A stretch of 64,000 nucleotides of DNA. Origin: Longimicrobiales bacterium (lineage in GTDB: Bacteria > Gemmatimonadota > Gemmatimonadetes > Longimicrobiales > Gaopeijiaceae). This document shows positions 47,924 through 56,745 of the stretch, piece after piece; position 1 is the first letter of the stretch; each line of letters opens with the position of its first letter. The notes beneath the pieces are model-generated. The model searched no databases and was not told the DNA's origin. It saw only the letters and a program-made list of their open reading frames with translations. The translations under genes were made by a program, and so were the position numbers. The stretch is taken from the NCBI GenBank assembly GCA_965198065.1, contig CBDAON010000004.1, positions 1 to 64,000 of the forward strand, written 5' to 3'.

Positions 47924-49141
47924 ATGGTCACGTTGAGCCCGGCTCCGGTCGGCCCGACCGGGGACCCCGAAGGAGCCGCTTCCGTGCGCCTTACGGACCG
48001 AGAGCGGCAGCTCCTCGCTCGGGCCGTCGAGCTGGGCAGGCGAGGGTGGGGACGGGTCCACCCCAATCCTCGCGTGGGATGTGTCGTCGTCCGGGGCGAC
48101 GAGCTCGTGGGGGAGGGATGGCACGCTGAGTTCGGCGGCCCCCACGCCGAGGTCCTGGCCCTGGCCGAGGCGGGCGAGCGGGCCGAAGGGGCGGAGGTCT
48201 TCGTGAGCCTCGAGCCCTGCTGCCACGAAGGGAAGACGCCCCCGTGTACGCGGGCGCTCCTCGGCGCCGGCGTCACGCGTGTCGTGTACGGCGCCCCGGA
48301 TCCCGGGGAGGTGTCCGGGGGTGGGGCGCAGGCCCTTACCTCCGCCGGGATCGAGACCGTCGGCCCGGCGCTTGACAAGAGAGAGGCACGCTGGGAGAAC
48401 CCCTTCTTCTACCACGGCCGGAGCGACCGACCCTGGGTCGGGCTCAAGCTGGCCATGTCCCTGGACGCGAGGATCTCGGGCCGGGAAGGGGTGCGAACAC
48501 CGCTCACGTCCGAGGAGGCCAATGAGGAGGTGCATCGGCTTCGGGCAGGGTTCGGCGCCATTCTGGTCGGCACGCGGACGGCGCTGATCGACGACCCCCT
48601 CCTCACCGTGCGGGGCCCGGTCGTGCCCCGGGTACTGCCCCGAAGGATTTTCCTGGATGCCAAGGGAAGCATCGATCCCCGTGCCCGGGCCTTTTCGGCA
48701 CCCGGGGGGGAGGTCTGGGTCGTGACGACCGACGCGTCGTCACAGGTGTGGAGGGACGGGATCCGGGAACGCGGCGGCCATGTGCTGGTCGCTCCTCTCG
48801 AGGGGGACTCCCGGGTGAGTTTGGGCGCGGTTCTCGCCGGCCTCGCGGAGGAGGGGGTGGACTCCGTCCTGTGCGAGGGAGGGGGACGCTTGGGCACGGC
48901 GCTCCTGGCCGGTGGGCACGTGGACCGCCTGTATCTGCTCGTGACTCCCAGGATCCTTGGAGCTGAGGGCGTTCCGGCGTTCCCAGGACGCTTCCCGGAT
49001 GCCGCCGACGAGGCGTGGCGGTGGCGTCCGGGGGAGGCCCCTCGCCTGCTGGGTTCCGACGTGTGGATCGCGCTCGAACCCGAGCCAGCGTCCGAGTTCC
49101 CCGAGCCCGAGGCTGATATCAAGCCCTCGGGGGCCCTCTAG
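47924..49141 (+). CDS. ribD: Bifunctional riboflavin deaminase/reductase
   Basis: PNPRVGCV, HAE, LEPC.H.GKTPPC, DDPLLTVR and EGGG; start uncertain. Confidence 0.95.
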   Translation: MVTLSPAPVGPTGDPEGAASVRLTDRERQLLARAVELGRRGWGRVHPNPRVGCVVVRGDELVGEGWHAEFGGPHAEVLALAEAGERAEGAEVFVSLEPCCHEGKTPPCTRALLGAGVTRVVYGAPDPGEVSGGGAQALTSAGIETVGPALDKREARWENPFFYHGRSDRPWVGLKLAMSLDARISGREGVRTPLTSEEANEEVHRLRAGFGAILVGTRTALIDDPLLTVRGPVVPRVLPRRIFLDAKGSIDPRARAFSAPGGEVWVVTTDASSQVWRDGIRERGGHVLVAPLEGDSRVSLGAVLAGLAEEGVDSVLCEGGGRLGTALLAGGHVDRLYLLVTPRILGAEGVPAFPGRFPDAADEAWRWRPGEAPRLLGSDVWIALEPEPASEFPEPEADIKPSGAL

Positions 49142-49777
49142 ATGTTCAGCGGCATCGTCGAGGCCGTGGGCGAGGTGGTGCGATCCGAGGACGAGGACGG
49201 GTCGCGGCGCTTCCGAATCCGGGTCGCGGGGGACTTCCTTTCGGAGCTTGGGCCCGGCTCGTCGGTTTCGGTGGACGGGGCCTGTCTCACGCTCACCGAG
49301 GTGGCCGACCGGGAGTTCGTCGCCCAGGCGATCGGAACGACCCTCTCCCGTACGGTGGCGGCCCACTATCGGGAAGGGACGTACGTCAATCTCGAGAGGG
49401 CCCTCCGGATGGGCGGGAGAGTGGACGGGCATCTCGTTCAGGGTCATGTGGATGGAGTCGGTCATCTAATGCAGATTACGAATGACGGGAGCTTCCACTT
49501 GCTCGAGGTGGCCATCCCGTCGGAAGTTCACCGACTGACCGTGGACCATGGCTCGATCTGCCTGAATGGCGTCAGCCTCACAGTGAACCGGCTCCTCCCC
49601 GACCACCGGATCGAGGTCGGGATCGTCCCGCACACGTGGAGCCACACGAACCTGGGGAAGCTGACGGTGGGGGACCCGGTGAACGTGGAGGGGGACCTGA
49701 TCGGCAAGTACGTGGGTACGCTGGTCCGCTCTGGATCGGAAACGGGGGATGACGCCGGAGGAACGCATGGCGCCTGA
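49142..49777 (+). CDS. ribE: Riboflavin synthase (alpha chain)
   Basis: MFSGIVE, DGACLT, VNLERA, GHLVQGHVD and NGVSLTV. Confidence 0.96.
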   Translation: MFSGIVEAVGEVVRSEDEDGSRRFRIRVAGDFLSELGPGSSVSVDGACLTLTEVADREFVAQAIGTTLSRTVAAHYREGTYVNLERALRMGGRVDGHLVQGHVDGVGHLMQITNDGSFHLLEVAIPSEVHRLTVDHGSICLNGVSLTVNRLLPDHRIEVGIVPHTWSHTNLGKLTVGDPVNVEGDLIGKYVGTLVRSGSETGDDAGGTHGA

Positions 49778-50987
49778 AGGCGTGGAAGCACCGTTCGACC
49801 GCGTCGAGGATGCCATCGAGGACATCCGGAGCGGTGGGATGGTCATCGTGGCGGATGACGAAGACCGCGAGAACGAGGGGGACCTCGTCTGTGCGGCGGC
49901 CATGGTGACCGCCGACAATGTGAACTTCATGACGAAGTTCGGGAGGGGGCTCATTTGCGTCGCCCTCACCCGCGAGCGTGCCGACCAACTTGATCTGCCG
50001 CTCATGATCGAGCGAGGGACCGACCCGCACAACACGGCCTTCACCGTATCCGTCGATGCCCACCAGCGCTTCGGGGTGAGCACCGGCATCAGCTCGCAGG
50101 ATCGGGCCACCACCGTTCACGTCCTCGCAGACGATAAGTCGGGCCCCGGGGACCTCCGCCGACCCGGGCACATCTTTCCCCTCAGGGCGCAGCCGGGCGG
50201 GGTGCTCCGCCGGGTCGGGCAGACTGAAGCCTCGGTGGATCTCGCACGGCTCGCGGGTCTCCCTCCGGTCGGGGTGATTTGCGAGATCCTGAATGAGGAC
50301 GGGTCGATGGCCCGGCGCCCGCATCTGGAGGAGTTCGCTCGGGAGCATCGCCTCCGCTTCATTACGGTGGCCCAGCTCGTGGCGTACCGGCTCACGCGGG
50401 AGCGGCTCGTACGCCGGATCGCGAGCGTGAGCCTTCCCACGCACCGCGGGGACTTCCGTCTCATCGGGTACGAGAGCGTAATCGACGACCGCGAGCACGT
50501 CGCTCTGCTCAAGGGGGAGGTGGACGGGAAGGACGACGTCCTTGTCCGGATGCACTCAGAGTGCCTCACCGGCGACGTCTTCGGATCGCTCCGGTGTGAC
50601 TGCGGGGAGCAGCTCGATGCCGCGATGGAGCGGATCCAGGCGGAAGGCCTGGGGGCGATCGTCTACCTGCGCCAGGAAGGGCGAGGCATGGGACTCGGCA
50701 ACAAGCTCCGGGCCTACGAGCTCCAGGACGAGGGCCAGGACACCGTGGAAGCGAACCTCACCCTGGGGTTCAGACCGGATCTCAGGGATTACGGAATCGG
50801 GGCGCAGATCTTGATCGACGTGGGGCTCCGGAAGATCCGCCTCCTCACGAACAACCCGAAGAAGATCGTGGGGCTGGAGGGGTACGGGCTCGAGATCACC
50901 GGACGAGAGCCGATCCGCGTCGAGCCAGGCCGTCACAACGAGCAGTATCTCGAGACGAAGCGCAGAAAGCTGGGGCACCTCCCCTGA
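49749..50987 (+). CDS. ribBA: DHBP synthase / GTP cyclohydrolase II
   Basis: DDEDRENEGD, RPGHIFPL, VRMHSECLTGD, CDCGEQL, RQEGRG and LLTNNP. Confidence 0.97.
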   Translation: MTPEERMAPEGVEAPFDRVEDAIEDIRSGGMVIVADDEDRENEGDLVCAAAMVTADNVNFMTKFGRGLICVALTRERADQLDLPLMIERGTDPHNTAFTVSVDAHQRFGVSTGISSQDRATTVHVLADDKSGPGDLRRPGHIFPLRAQPGGVLRRVGQTEASVDLARLAGLPPVGVICEILNEDGSMARRPHLEEFAREHRLRFITVAQLVAYRLTRERLVRRIASVSLPTHRGDFRLIGYESVIDDREHVALLKGEVDGKDDVLVRMHSECLTGDVFGSLRCDCGEQLDAAMERIQAEGLGAIVYLRQEGRGMGLGNKLRAYELQDEGQDTVEANLTLGFRPDLRDYGIGAQILIDVGLRKIRLLTNNPKKIVGLEGYGLEITGREPIRVEPGRHNEQYLETKRRKLGHLP

Positions 50988-51454
50988 GGGAGATCACCGG
51001 CACCCGGGACGGAGAGGGACGGCGCTTCGCGGTCGTGGCGTCGCGCTTCAATTCAGTGGTGACGGACGAGCTGGTGGGCGGTGCGCTCGACGCGCTTCGC
51101 GAGCACGGTGTAGCCGACGCCGATGTCCAGGTGATTCGCGTTCCCGGAGCCTGGGAGCTTCCCGCTGCGTGCCAGCGCGTGGTCGAGCGCGGCGGATCGG
51201 ACGCAGTCGTCGCGCTCGGGTGCGTGATCCGGGGGGAGACGCCCCACTTCGAGTACGTGGCGGGAGAGGCCTCCAGAGGGCTCGGAGCCGTGGCCCGCTC
51301 CGCATCGGTCCCCGTGGTGTTTGGGGTGCTCACGACCGACACGCTGGAGCAGGCCATGCGGCGAGCAGGGAGCCGGGACGAGAACAAGGGATGGGAGGTG
51401 GCTCTCGCTGCCCTCGAAATGGCGGGTCTCTACCGCGAGTTGGACGGGAGGTGA
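50984..51454 (+). CDS. ribH: 6,7-dimethyl-8-ribityllumazine synthase
   Basis: SRFN, VPGAWELP, G.VIRGETPHFEYV and NKG. The conserved N-terminus extends to a CTG overlapping the ribBA stop. Confidence 0.95.
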   Translation: MREITGTRDGEGRRFAVVASRFNSVVTDELVGGALDALREHGVADADVQVIRVPGAWELPAACQRVVERGGSDAVVALGCVIRGETPHFEYVAGEASRGLGAVARSASVPVVFGVLTTDTLEQAMRRAGSRDENKGWEVALAALEMAGLYRELDGR

Positions 51455-51912
51455 CCTCCGTGAGCCCCGCCCCCGCCCTCACCTGGCAGGAGCGCATCCA
51501 GCGCACGCGCGCCCGCTCCTGGGTGCTCCACATTCTCTATCAGTGGGAGAGCACGGACCCGCATCGCCCCCTTGCCGAGGTGATGGAGGAGACCCTCAGA
51601 CGGCGGCGGGTGGCCGTGGACCGGGTGCCCCTCGTTCGGCGCCATGTGACTGCTCTCGCCGACCACCAGGCGGAGGTGGATCGCGCCCTTCTCGAGGCCA
51701 TGGAGAACTGGCGGCTCGATCGCCTCTCCCGTGTGGACCGCGCGATCCTTCGGCTGGCGGTCGCTGAGATGCTCTTCCTGGAGGACGTGCCGCCCAAGGT
51801 GGCGGTTCAGGAAGGCATCCGGCTCGCCGGCCAATACGGGGGCCACGACTCGCCCCGGTTCGTGAACGGGGTCCTGGACGCCGTCCTCCGGTCACTCGGA
51901 GACCGTTCCTGA
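51451..51912 (+). CDS. nusB: Transcription antitermination factor NusB
   Basis: RARS...LYQ, NWRLDRL..VDRAILR and FVNGVLD. Confidence 0.95.
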   Translation: MTSVSPAPALTWQERIQRTRARSWVLHILYQWESTDPHRPLAEVMEETLRRRRVAVDRVPLVRRHVTALADHQAEVDRALLEAMENWRLDRLSRVDRAILRLAVAEMLFLEDVPPKVAVQEGIRLAGQYGGHDSPRFVNGVLDAVLRSLGDRS

Positions 51913-53024
51913 AGCTGCTCGTCACGAACTGGCTGGACCGGGAGAACCCCCAGTCCGGCGGTGCCGAGACCCACCTCCACGAGTGCTTCGGCCGCCTGGT
52001 CCGCCACGGATGGGAGGTCACGCTCGTTACGTCGGGCTGGCCGGGCGCTGCGGCCCGCGCGACGGTGGACGGCCTCGACGTGCATCGGGTGGGCGGGCGC
52101 TACACCTACGTGACACGCGCGCCCGCCTACGTTAGGGCGGAGCTCCAGGAGTTGGCGTTCGACCTGCTCGTGGAGGATCTGAACAAGGTCCCCCTGTTCT
52201 CACCCGTGTGGTCGCGCTGGCCGGTGGTGCTCCTCGTCCATCACCTGTTCGGCGGAACCGCGTTTCACGAGGCCGCCCTTCCGCTCGCTTTGCCCACGTG
52301 GCTGCTCGAGCGTCCGATCCCGCTCGTCTACCGGGGCGTCCGGGTCGTGGCGGTCTCCGAGAGCACGAAGCGTGATCTAGCGCGGCGTGGGCTCCCCGCC
52401 GATCGGATTCGCGTGATCGAGAATGGGGTGGACGTGAACCGGTTCGTACCGCCTTCCGAGGGTAAGCGCTTTCCCGAGCCCACGCTCCTCTACCTGGGTC
52501 GGCTGAAGCGGTACAAGCGGGTCGATCTGATCCTCGAGGCGGTCGCGGAGCTCCGCCGTCTAGGCGAGGAGGTTCGACTCCTCGTGGCCGGTGAGGGCGA
52601 CCAGCGCGAGTGGCTCCAGCGCCGGGCGCGAAAGCTGGGCCTCGGCGAGGAGGATGCGCGGTTTTTGGGCTTCGTGCCCGAAGCGGAGAAGGTCGAGCTT
52701 CTCCAGAGGGCCTGGGTACACACCCTGACTTCGGTAAAGGAGGGATGGGGCGTCTCGATCCTCGAAGCGGCCGCCTGCGGGACTCCCAGCGTGGTTAGTG
52801 ACTCCCCCGGCCTCCGCGATGCGGTCCTTCACGAGCGCACCGGATTCCTGGTTCCGCACGGTGACGTCCGGGCCCTCGCAGACCGCCTGAAACACCTGCT
52901 CGACGACGCCCGCCTGCGCGCCGGAATGGGCGGAGCGGCTCGAGAATTCGCGGAAGCTCACACCTGGGAGAGGAGCGCGGAGCGACTCTCGCGAGCGCTA
53001 GGGGCCGCGGTGGCTTCGGGCTGA
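51909..53024 (+). CDS. GT4-family glycosyltransferase
   Basis: KLLVTNW.DRENPQSGGAE.H, YLGRLKRYK and EGWG...LEAAACGTP. Start inferred at CTG overlapping the nusB stop. Confidence 0.9.
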   Translation: MKLLVTNWLDRENPQSGGAETHLHECFGRLVRHGWEVTLVTSGWPGAAARATVDGLDVHRVGGRYTYVTRAPAYVRAELQELAFDLLVEDLNKVPLFSPVWSRWPVVLLVHHLFGGTAFHEAALPLALPTWLLERPIPLVYRGVRVVAVSESTKRDLARRGLPADRIRVIENGVDVNRFVPPSEGKRFPEPTLLYLGRLKRYKRVDLILEAVAELRRLGEEVRLLVAGEGDQREWLQRRARKLGLGEEDARFLGFVPEAEKVELLQRAWVHTLTSVKEGWGVSILEAAACGTPSVVSDSPGLRDAVLHERTGFLVPHGDVRALADRLKHLLDDARLRAGMGGAAREFAEAHTWERSAERLSRALGAAVASG

Positions 53025-53094
53025 ACCGGCAGGTACCTTATGTGGTTTCCGATCGGGGGCTCGTCGGCCCGTCGAGATCCTGAGGAGGGGAAGC

Positions 53095-53172
53095 GTGAGA
53101 GTCCAGGTGACCCAACATCACGGACCCGGGCTCAGGGACATCGTAGGAGAGACGGTCGGAGAGACGGAGTGA
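53095..53172 (+). pseudogene. 25-codon ORF, probable internally deleted hpf/raiA remnant
   Basis: Strong RBS GAGGAGGGG, then MRVQVT-QHHGPGLRDIVGETVGETE, directly upstream of hprK. Confidence 0.4.
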
Positions 53173-53179
53173 CGCGTAC

Positions 53180-54142
53180 GTGGCGCCAACCCTGCGCATA
53201 CAGGAGCTCGTAGAGGCACGGGGGGCGTCGCTGTCCCTCGAGCTCCTGACGCCGGGGGTCTCCCTCGAGCGGGACTGCTCCGACTCGGACGTGGCGAGCC
53301 CGGGCCTGGCCCTGGCCGGGTTCGTGGACCGGTTCCCCGACGGGCGCATGCAGGTGTTCGGGGAGACGGAGATGCTCTACCTGTCCACCCTGGCTCCCGA
53401 CGTCCAGGCCGAGCGGCTCGCGGCCTTTTTCTCGCGCCACGTTCCCGCTGCCTTCGTGACCAAGGGCATGGACGTGCCGCCCGCGCTCATCGAGGCGGCG
53501 AGCCGCAAGGGAGTCCCGCTCTTTCGGTCGGTGCTTTCGACCAGGGACTTCTTCCGACGCGTCAAGCCGTACTTAGAGGTGGTCCTGGCGCCGTCCACGG
53601 CGGTGCATGGATCGCTGGCTGACGTGTACGGCGCGGGGCTGCTCTTCATGGGGAAGAGCGGTATCGGAAAGAGCGAGTGCGTCCTGGATCTGATCGAGCG
53701 AGGGCATCGCCTGGTAGCGGACGATGTCGTGATGGTGTCCCGGCGGGGGAACGACGTGCTGATCGGGTGCGGGCACGATCTCCAGCGGCATCACATGGAG
53801 ATCCGGGGGATCGGGATCGTGGACGTTCGTGCCCTCTTCGGCATCCGCGCCATCCGGCAACAGAAGCGCATCGAGGTCGTGGTCCAGCTCGAGGAGTGGG
53901 ACGACACGCAGCCGTACGACCGGACCGGTCTGGACGTAGGGGAGACCGAGATCCTCGACGTCCCGATCCCGATGGTCACCATCCCGCTCAATCCAGGGAA
54001 GAACCTCACGGTCCTCTCCGAGGTCGTCGCCATGAACCACCTCCTCAAGTACGCGGGCGTGGACTCGGCGGCCGAGTTCGAGCGCCGGCTCACGGCGGAG
54101 ATGGCGCAGATCGACGAGTATCTCGAGGAAGACTATGAGTGA
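53180..54142 (+). CDS. hprK: HPr kinase/phosphorylase
   Basis: HG.L.DVYG.G, GKSGIGKSE, HRLVADD and MEIRGIGI. Confidence 0.97.
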   Translation: MAPTLRIQELVEARGASLSLELLTPGVSLERDCSDSDVASPGLALAGFVDRFPDGRMQVFGETEMLYLSTLAPDVQAERLAAFFSRHVPAAFVTKGMDVPPALIEAASRKGVPLFRSVLSTRDFFRRVKPYLEVVLAPSTAVHGSLADVYGAGLLFMGKSGIGKSECVLDLIERGHRLVADDVVMVSRRGNDVLIGCGHDLQRHHMEIRGIGIVDVRALFGIRAIRQQKRIEVVVQLEEWDDTQPYDRTGLDVGETEILDVPIPMVTIPLNPGKNLTVLSEVVAMNHLLKYAGVDSAAEFERRLTAEMAQIDEYLEEDYE

Positions 54143-54569
54143 GGCGACGCCCCGGGCGGTCCGGGGAATCGTCGTCACGCACGGGTCCCTGTGCTTCGGT
54201 ATGGTGGACGCGGTCCGGAGAATCGCCGGATCGTCTGCGGACGCCCTGATCCCGATCTCGAACGACGGAAAGGGTCCCGACGAGCTCCTCGGGTCGGTGT
54301 CCGAGCTCGCGGGCGACGGGCCGACCATCATCTTCACCGACTTGGAGACGGGAAGCTGCGCGCTCGCGGCCCAGTTCGCCTGCCGCGATCCGGCGGGGCG
54401 CCGGGTCGTCTTCGGCACGAACCTCGCCATGCTCCTCGACTTCGTGTTCCATCGACGCCTTCCTCTGGACGAGTTGGTCACGCGGTTGGTTGATCGCGGA
54501 AGGGCGGCCGTCCGCTCCTTCGAGCCCGGGGAGGGTCGGGTTGGGAATCGTTCTGCTGCGGGTGGATGA
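54135..54569 (+). CDS. PTS mannose/fructose-family IIA
   Basis: IVVTHG, FTDL..GS and GTNLAML. Confidence 0.9.
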   Translation: MSEATPRAVRGIVVTHGSLCFGMVDAVRRIAGSSADALIPISNDGKGPDELLGSVSELAGDGPTIIFTDLETGSCALAAQFACRDPAGRRVVFGTNLAMLLDFVFHRRLPLDELVTRLVDRGRAAVRSFEPGEGRVGNRSAAGG

Positions 54570-55023
54570 GCGGCTCATTCACGGCCAGGTCACCCTGGGG
54601 TGGGGGAGCCAGCTTCGCCCCTCCGCCTACTGGATCGTGGACGACGACCTGGCGGAGACGGAGTGGGAGCAGGAACTGTACCGCCTCGGCACGCCCGCGG
54701 ATGCGATCTCGGACTTCTTCAGCGTGCGGAGCGCTCGCGAGCACTTCTCCGACTGGAAGGCATCTCCGAGCCGCTCCGTCGTCCTGACCCGGGATCTCGA
54801 CCACATGCTTCGCCTCGCGCGGGGCAGGCTCCTGGCCGGCGAGTCGGTGAACCTGGGGGGGATCCATCACCGGCCGGGTCGCACGGAAGTCCTCCCGTAC
54901 CTTTTCCTGGACGACGACGACCGAGGCCGCATCCGTGCCGTCGAAGCCGAGGGCGTCGAAGTCTGGGCCCAGGACCTTCCAGGGGCGGGCGAGGTCCGGG
55001 GGTCGGCCCTCCTCCATGGTTGA
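54541..55023 (+). CDS. PTS mannose/sorbose-family IIB
   Basis: RVDERLIHGQV and VNLGG; TTG start inferred. Confidence 0.92.
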   Translation: MGIVLLRVDERLIHGQVTLGWGSQLRPSAYWIVDDDLAETEWEQELYRLGTPADAISDFFSVRSAREHFSDWKASPSRSVVLTRDLDHMLRLARGRLLAGESVNLGGIHHRPGRTEVLPYLFLDDDDRGRIRAVEAEGVEVWAQDLPGAGEVRGSALLHG

Positions 55024-55708
55024 GCCCGGCGGGGCACTTCTTCTTCTTCTCCTCCTGGCCGCGTGGGTGGCCCTGGACGGGACGAGCTTCGCGCAGATCA
55101 TGGTGTCGAGACCGCTGGTTGCGGGAACGCTGGCGGGATGGATCCTGGGCGACCCCGGTACCGGATTCCTCGTGGGCGGGCTCCTCGAGGCGGCGCACCT
55201 GGGAGCGGTTCCGATCGGCGCCGCGCGGCTCGCGGAGCCCGGGCCGGCGGCCATTCCCGCCGTCGCGGCGGCCGTGTGGCTGGGAGGCGCCGGCGGCATC
55301 GGCATCGGCGTGGCGCTGGGAGTCGTATGGAGCGTGCTGGGCGGGGCCTCGACGGTGGCGCAACGCCGGTTGAACGGCGCGATCGTGGGGGGGCTGGACG
55401 AGGGGGAGGGGAGCGCGGGTGCCCTGGTTCGACGGCACCTGGCCTGTGTGACTCTGGATGCGCTCCGCGGCGTGTTCCTGGTGGCGCTCGGTCTCACGGC
55501 CGCCCTCCTTCTCCCTCCGTCCCTCGCGCGGGTGTGGGCGGTGAGCGAACCCTCGACCGTGGCGTTCCTCGCCCTCCCCGGCGCTTTCGCGGGAGGCTCG
55601 CTCTTTCGCAGGTGGTCGGTCGCTTCCGGAGGGGTCCGGTGGGGGGCGTTCCTCTTCGCGGGCGGGCTCCTCGCGGGATGGCTCCTCGGCTCAGGGACGG
55701 CGGGATGA
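55016..55708 (+). CDS. PTS mannose-family IIC
   Basis: LD...Q.MVSRPLV.G...G...GDP and P.GA; multiple TM segments. Confidence 0.88.
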   Translation: MVEPGGALLLLLLLAAWVALDGTSFAQIMVSRPLVAGTLAGWILGDPGTGFLVGGLLEAAHLGAVPIGAARLAEPGPAAIPAVAAAVWLGGAGGIGIGVALGVVWSVLGGASTVAQRRLNGAIVGGLDEGEGSAGALVRRHLACVTLDALRGVFLVALGLTAALLLPPSLARVWAVSEPSTVAFLALPGAFAGGSLFRRWSVASGGVRWGAFLFAGGLLAGWLLGSGTAG

Positions 55709-56457
55709 AGAGCGTTGGCCTCAGGTGGCGGGTGGTTTTCCGCTCCCTCCTCATCCAGGGCTCTTGGAACTACCGGACGCTCCTCGGAGCCGGGCTCGGG
55801 TGGGCCCTGCTTCCGCTCCTTCCCAGGGGACCGGGGCACGAGTCCTCCGATCGAATTGCCCGGCTGGCGGCCCCGTTCAACTCGCATCCGTACCTGGCGG
55901 CCCTCGCCATCGGCGCTCTGGTCAAGGTAGAGTCGGAAGGTGCCGACGCAGACCGGGTTCGTCGGTTCAAGGACGCCTTGAGAGGACCGCTCGGGAGCCT
56001 GGGGGACGGGTTCGTCTGGGGTGTGTGGAGGCCGCTCTGCCTCGTCGGCGCCCTTTCGGCCGGCCAGCTCGGCGCCCCTCCCTTGGCGGTGGTTCTCGGC
56101 TTCGTCGTGGTGTACAACGCCGTAAACCTGGCGCTTCGCGTGTGGGGGGCCAGCGTGGGGCTCGAGCTGGGCTTCGGAGTGGGGGAAGGGATCCGTCGCC
56201 TCGATCTCCCGGCATGGACGGAACGCACCGCCAGGGCCGGGGTCCTCTTCCTCGGCGTCGCGTCCGGGATAATGCTGTCGGCCGGGCTCGATCTGACCTC
56301 TCCGCGGATGCTCCTCGCGGTGGGCGCTTCGACTTGTTTTGGGGCGGGGCTCCTCGCGGGAGAGTCGCGGCAGAGGTGGGGGCCCCTCCTCCTGCTCCTG
56401 ATCGCCTTGGTGGGGTTTGTCTGGGGGTCCGCGTCTCCGCTCCCGGCGGGGAGCTGA
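55705..56457 (+). CDS. PTS mannose-family IID
   Basis: RSLLIQGSWNY, FNSHPY and GPLGSLGD. Confidence 0.9.
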   Translation: MKSVGLRWRVVFRSLLIQGSWNYRTLLGAGLGWALLPLLPRGPGHESSDRIARLAAPFNSHPYLAALAIGALVKVESEGADADRVRRFKDALRGPLGSLGDGFVWGVWRPLCLVGALSAGQLGAPPLAVVLGFVVVYNAVNLALRVWGASVGLELGFGVGEGIRRLDLPAWTERTARAGVLFLGVASGIMLSAGLDLTSPRMLLAVGASTCFGAGLLAGESRQRWGPLLLLLIALVGFVWGSASPLPAGS

Positions 56458-56458
56458 C

Positions 56459-56743
56459 ATGAGCGAGACCTCCGTCGCGCAGCGGAAAGTGAAGATCAGG
56501 AACCGTCTGGGTCTCCACGCCCGGCCCGCGGCCGAGCTCGTCAAGCTCGCGGGCCGCTTCCAGTCTGAGATCAGCCTGTCCAAGGACGTGCTCACGGTGA
56601 ACGGGAAGAGCATCATGGGCGTGCTCATGCTGGCCGCGGAGCAGGGTAGCCATCTCGTCATCCGAGCCCAGGGCGCGGATGCCGTCCAGGCGGTGGACGC
56701 GCTGGCCGCCCTGGTCGAGCGCGGATTCAAGGGGGAGCCGTAG
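56459..56743 (+). CDS. ptsH: Phosphocarrier protein HPr
   Basis: GLHARPAA (His15) and NGKSIMGV (Ser46). Confidence 0.96.
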   Translation: MSETSVAQRKVKIRNRLGLHARPAAELVKLAGRFQSEISLSKDVLTVNGKSIMGVLMLAAEQGSHLVIRAQGADAVQAVDALAALVERGFKGEP

Positions 56744-56745
56744 CG

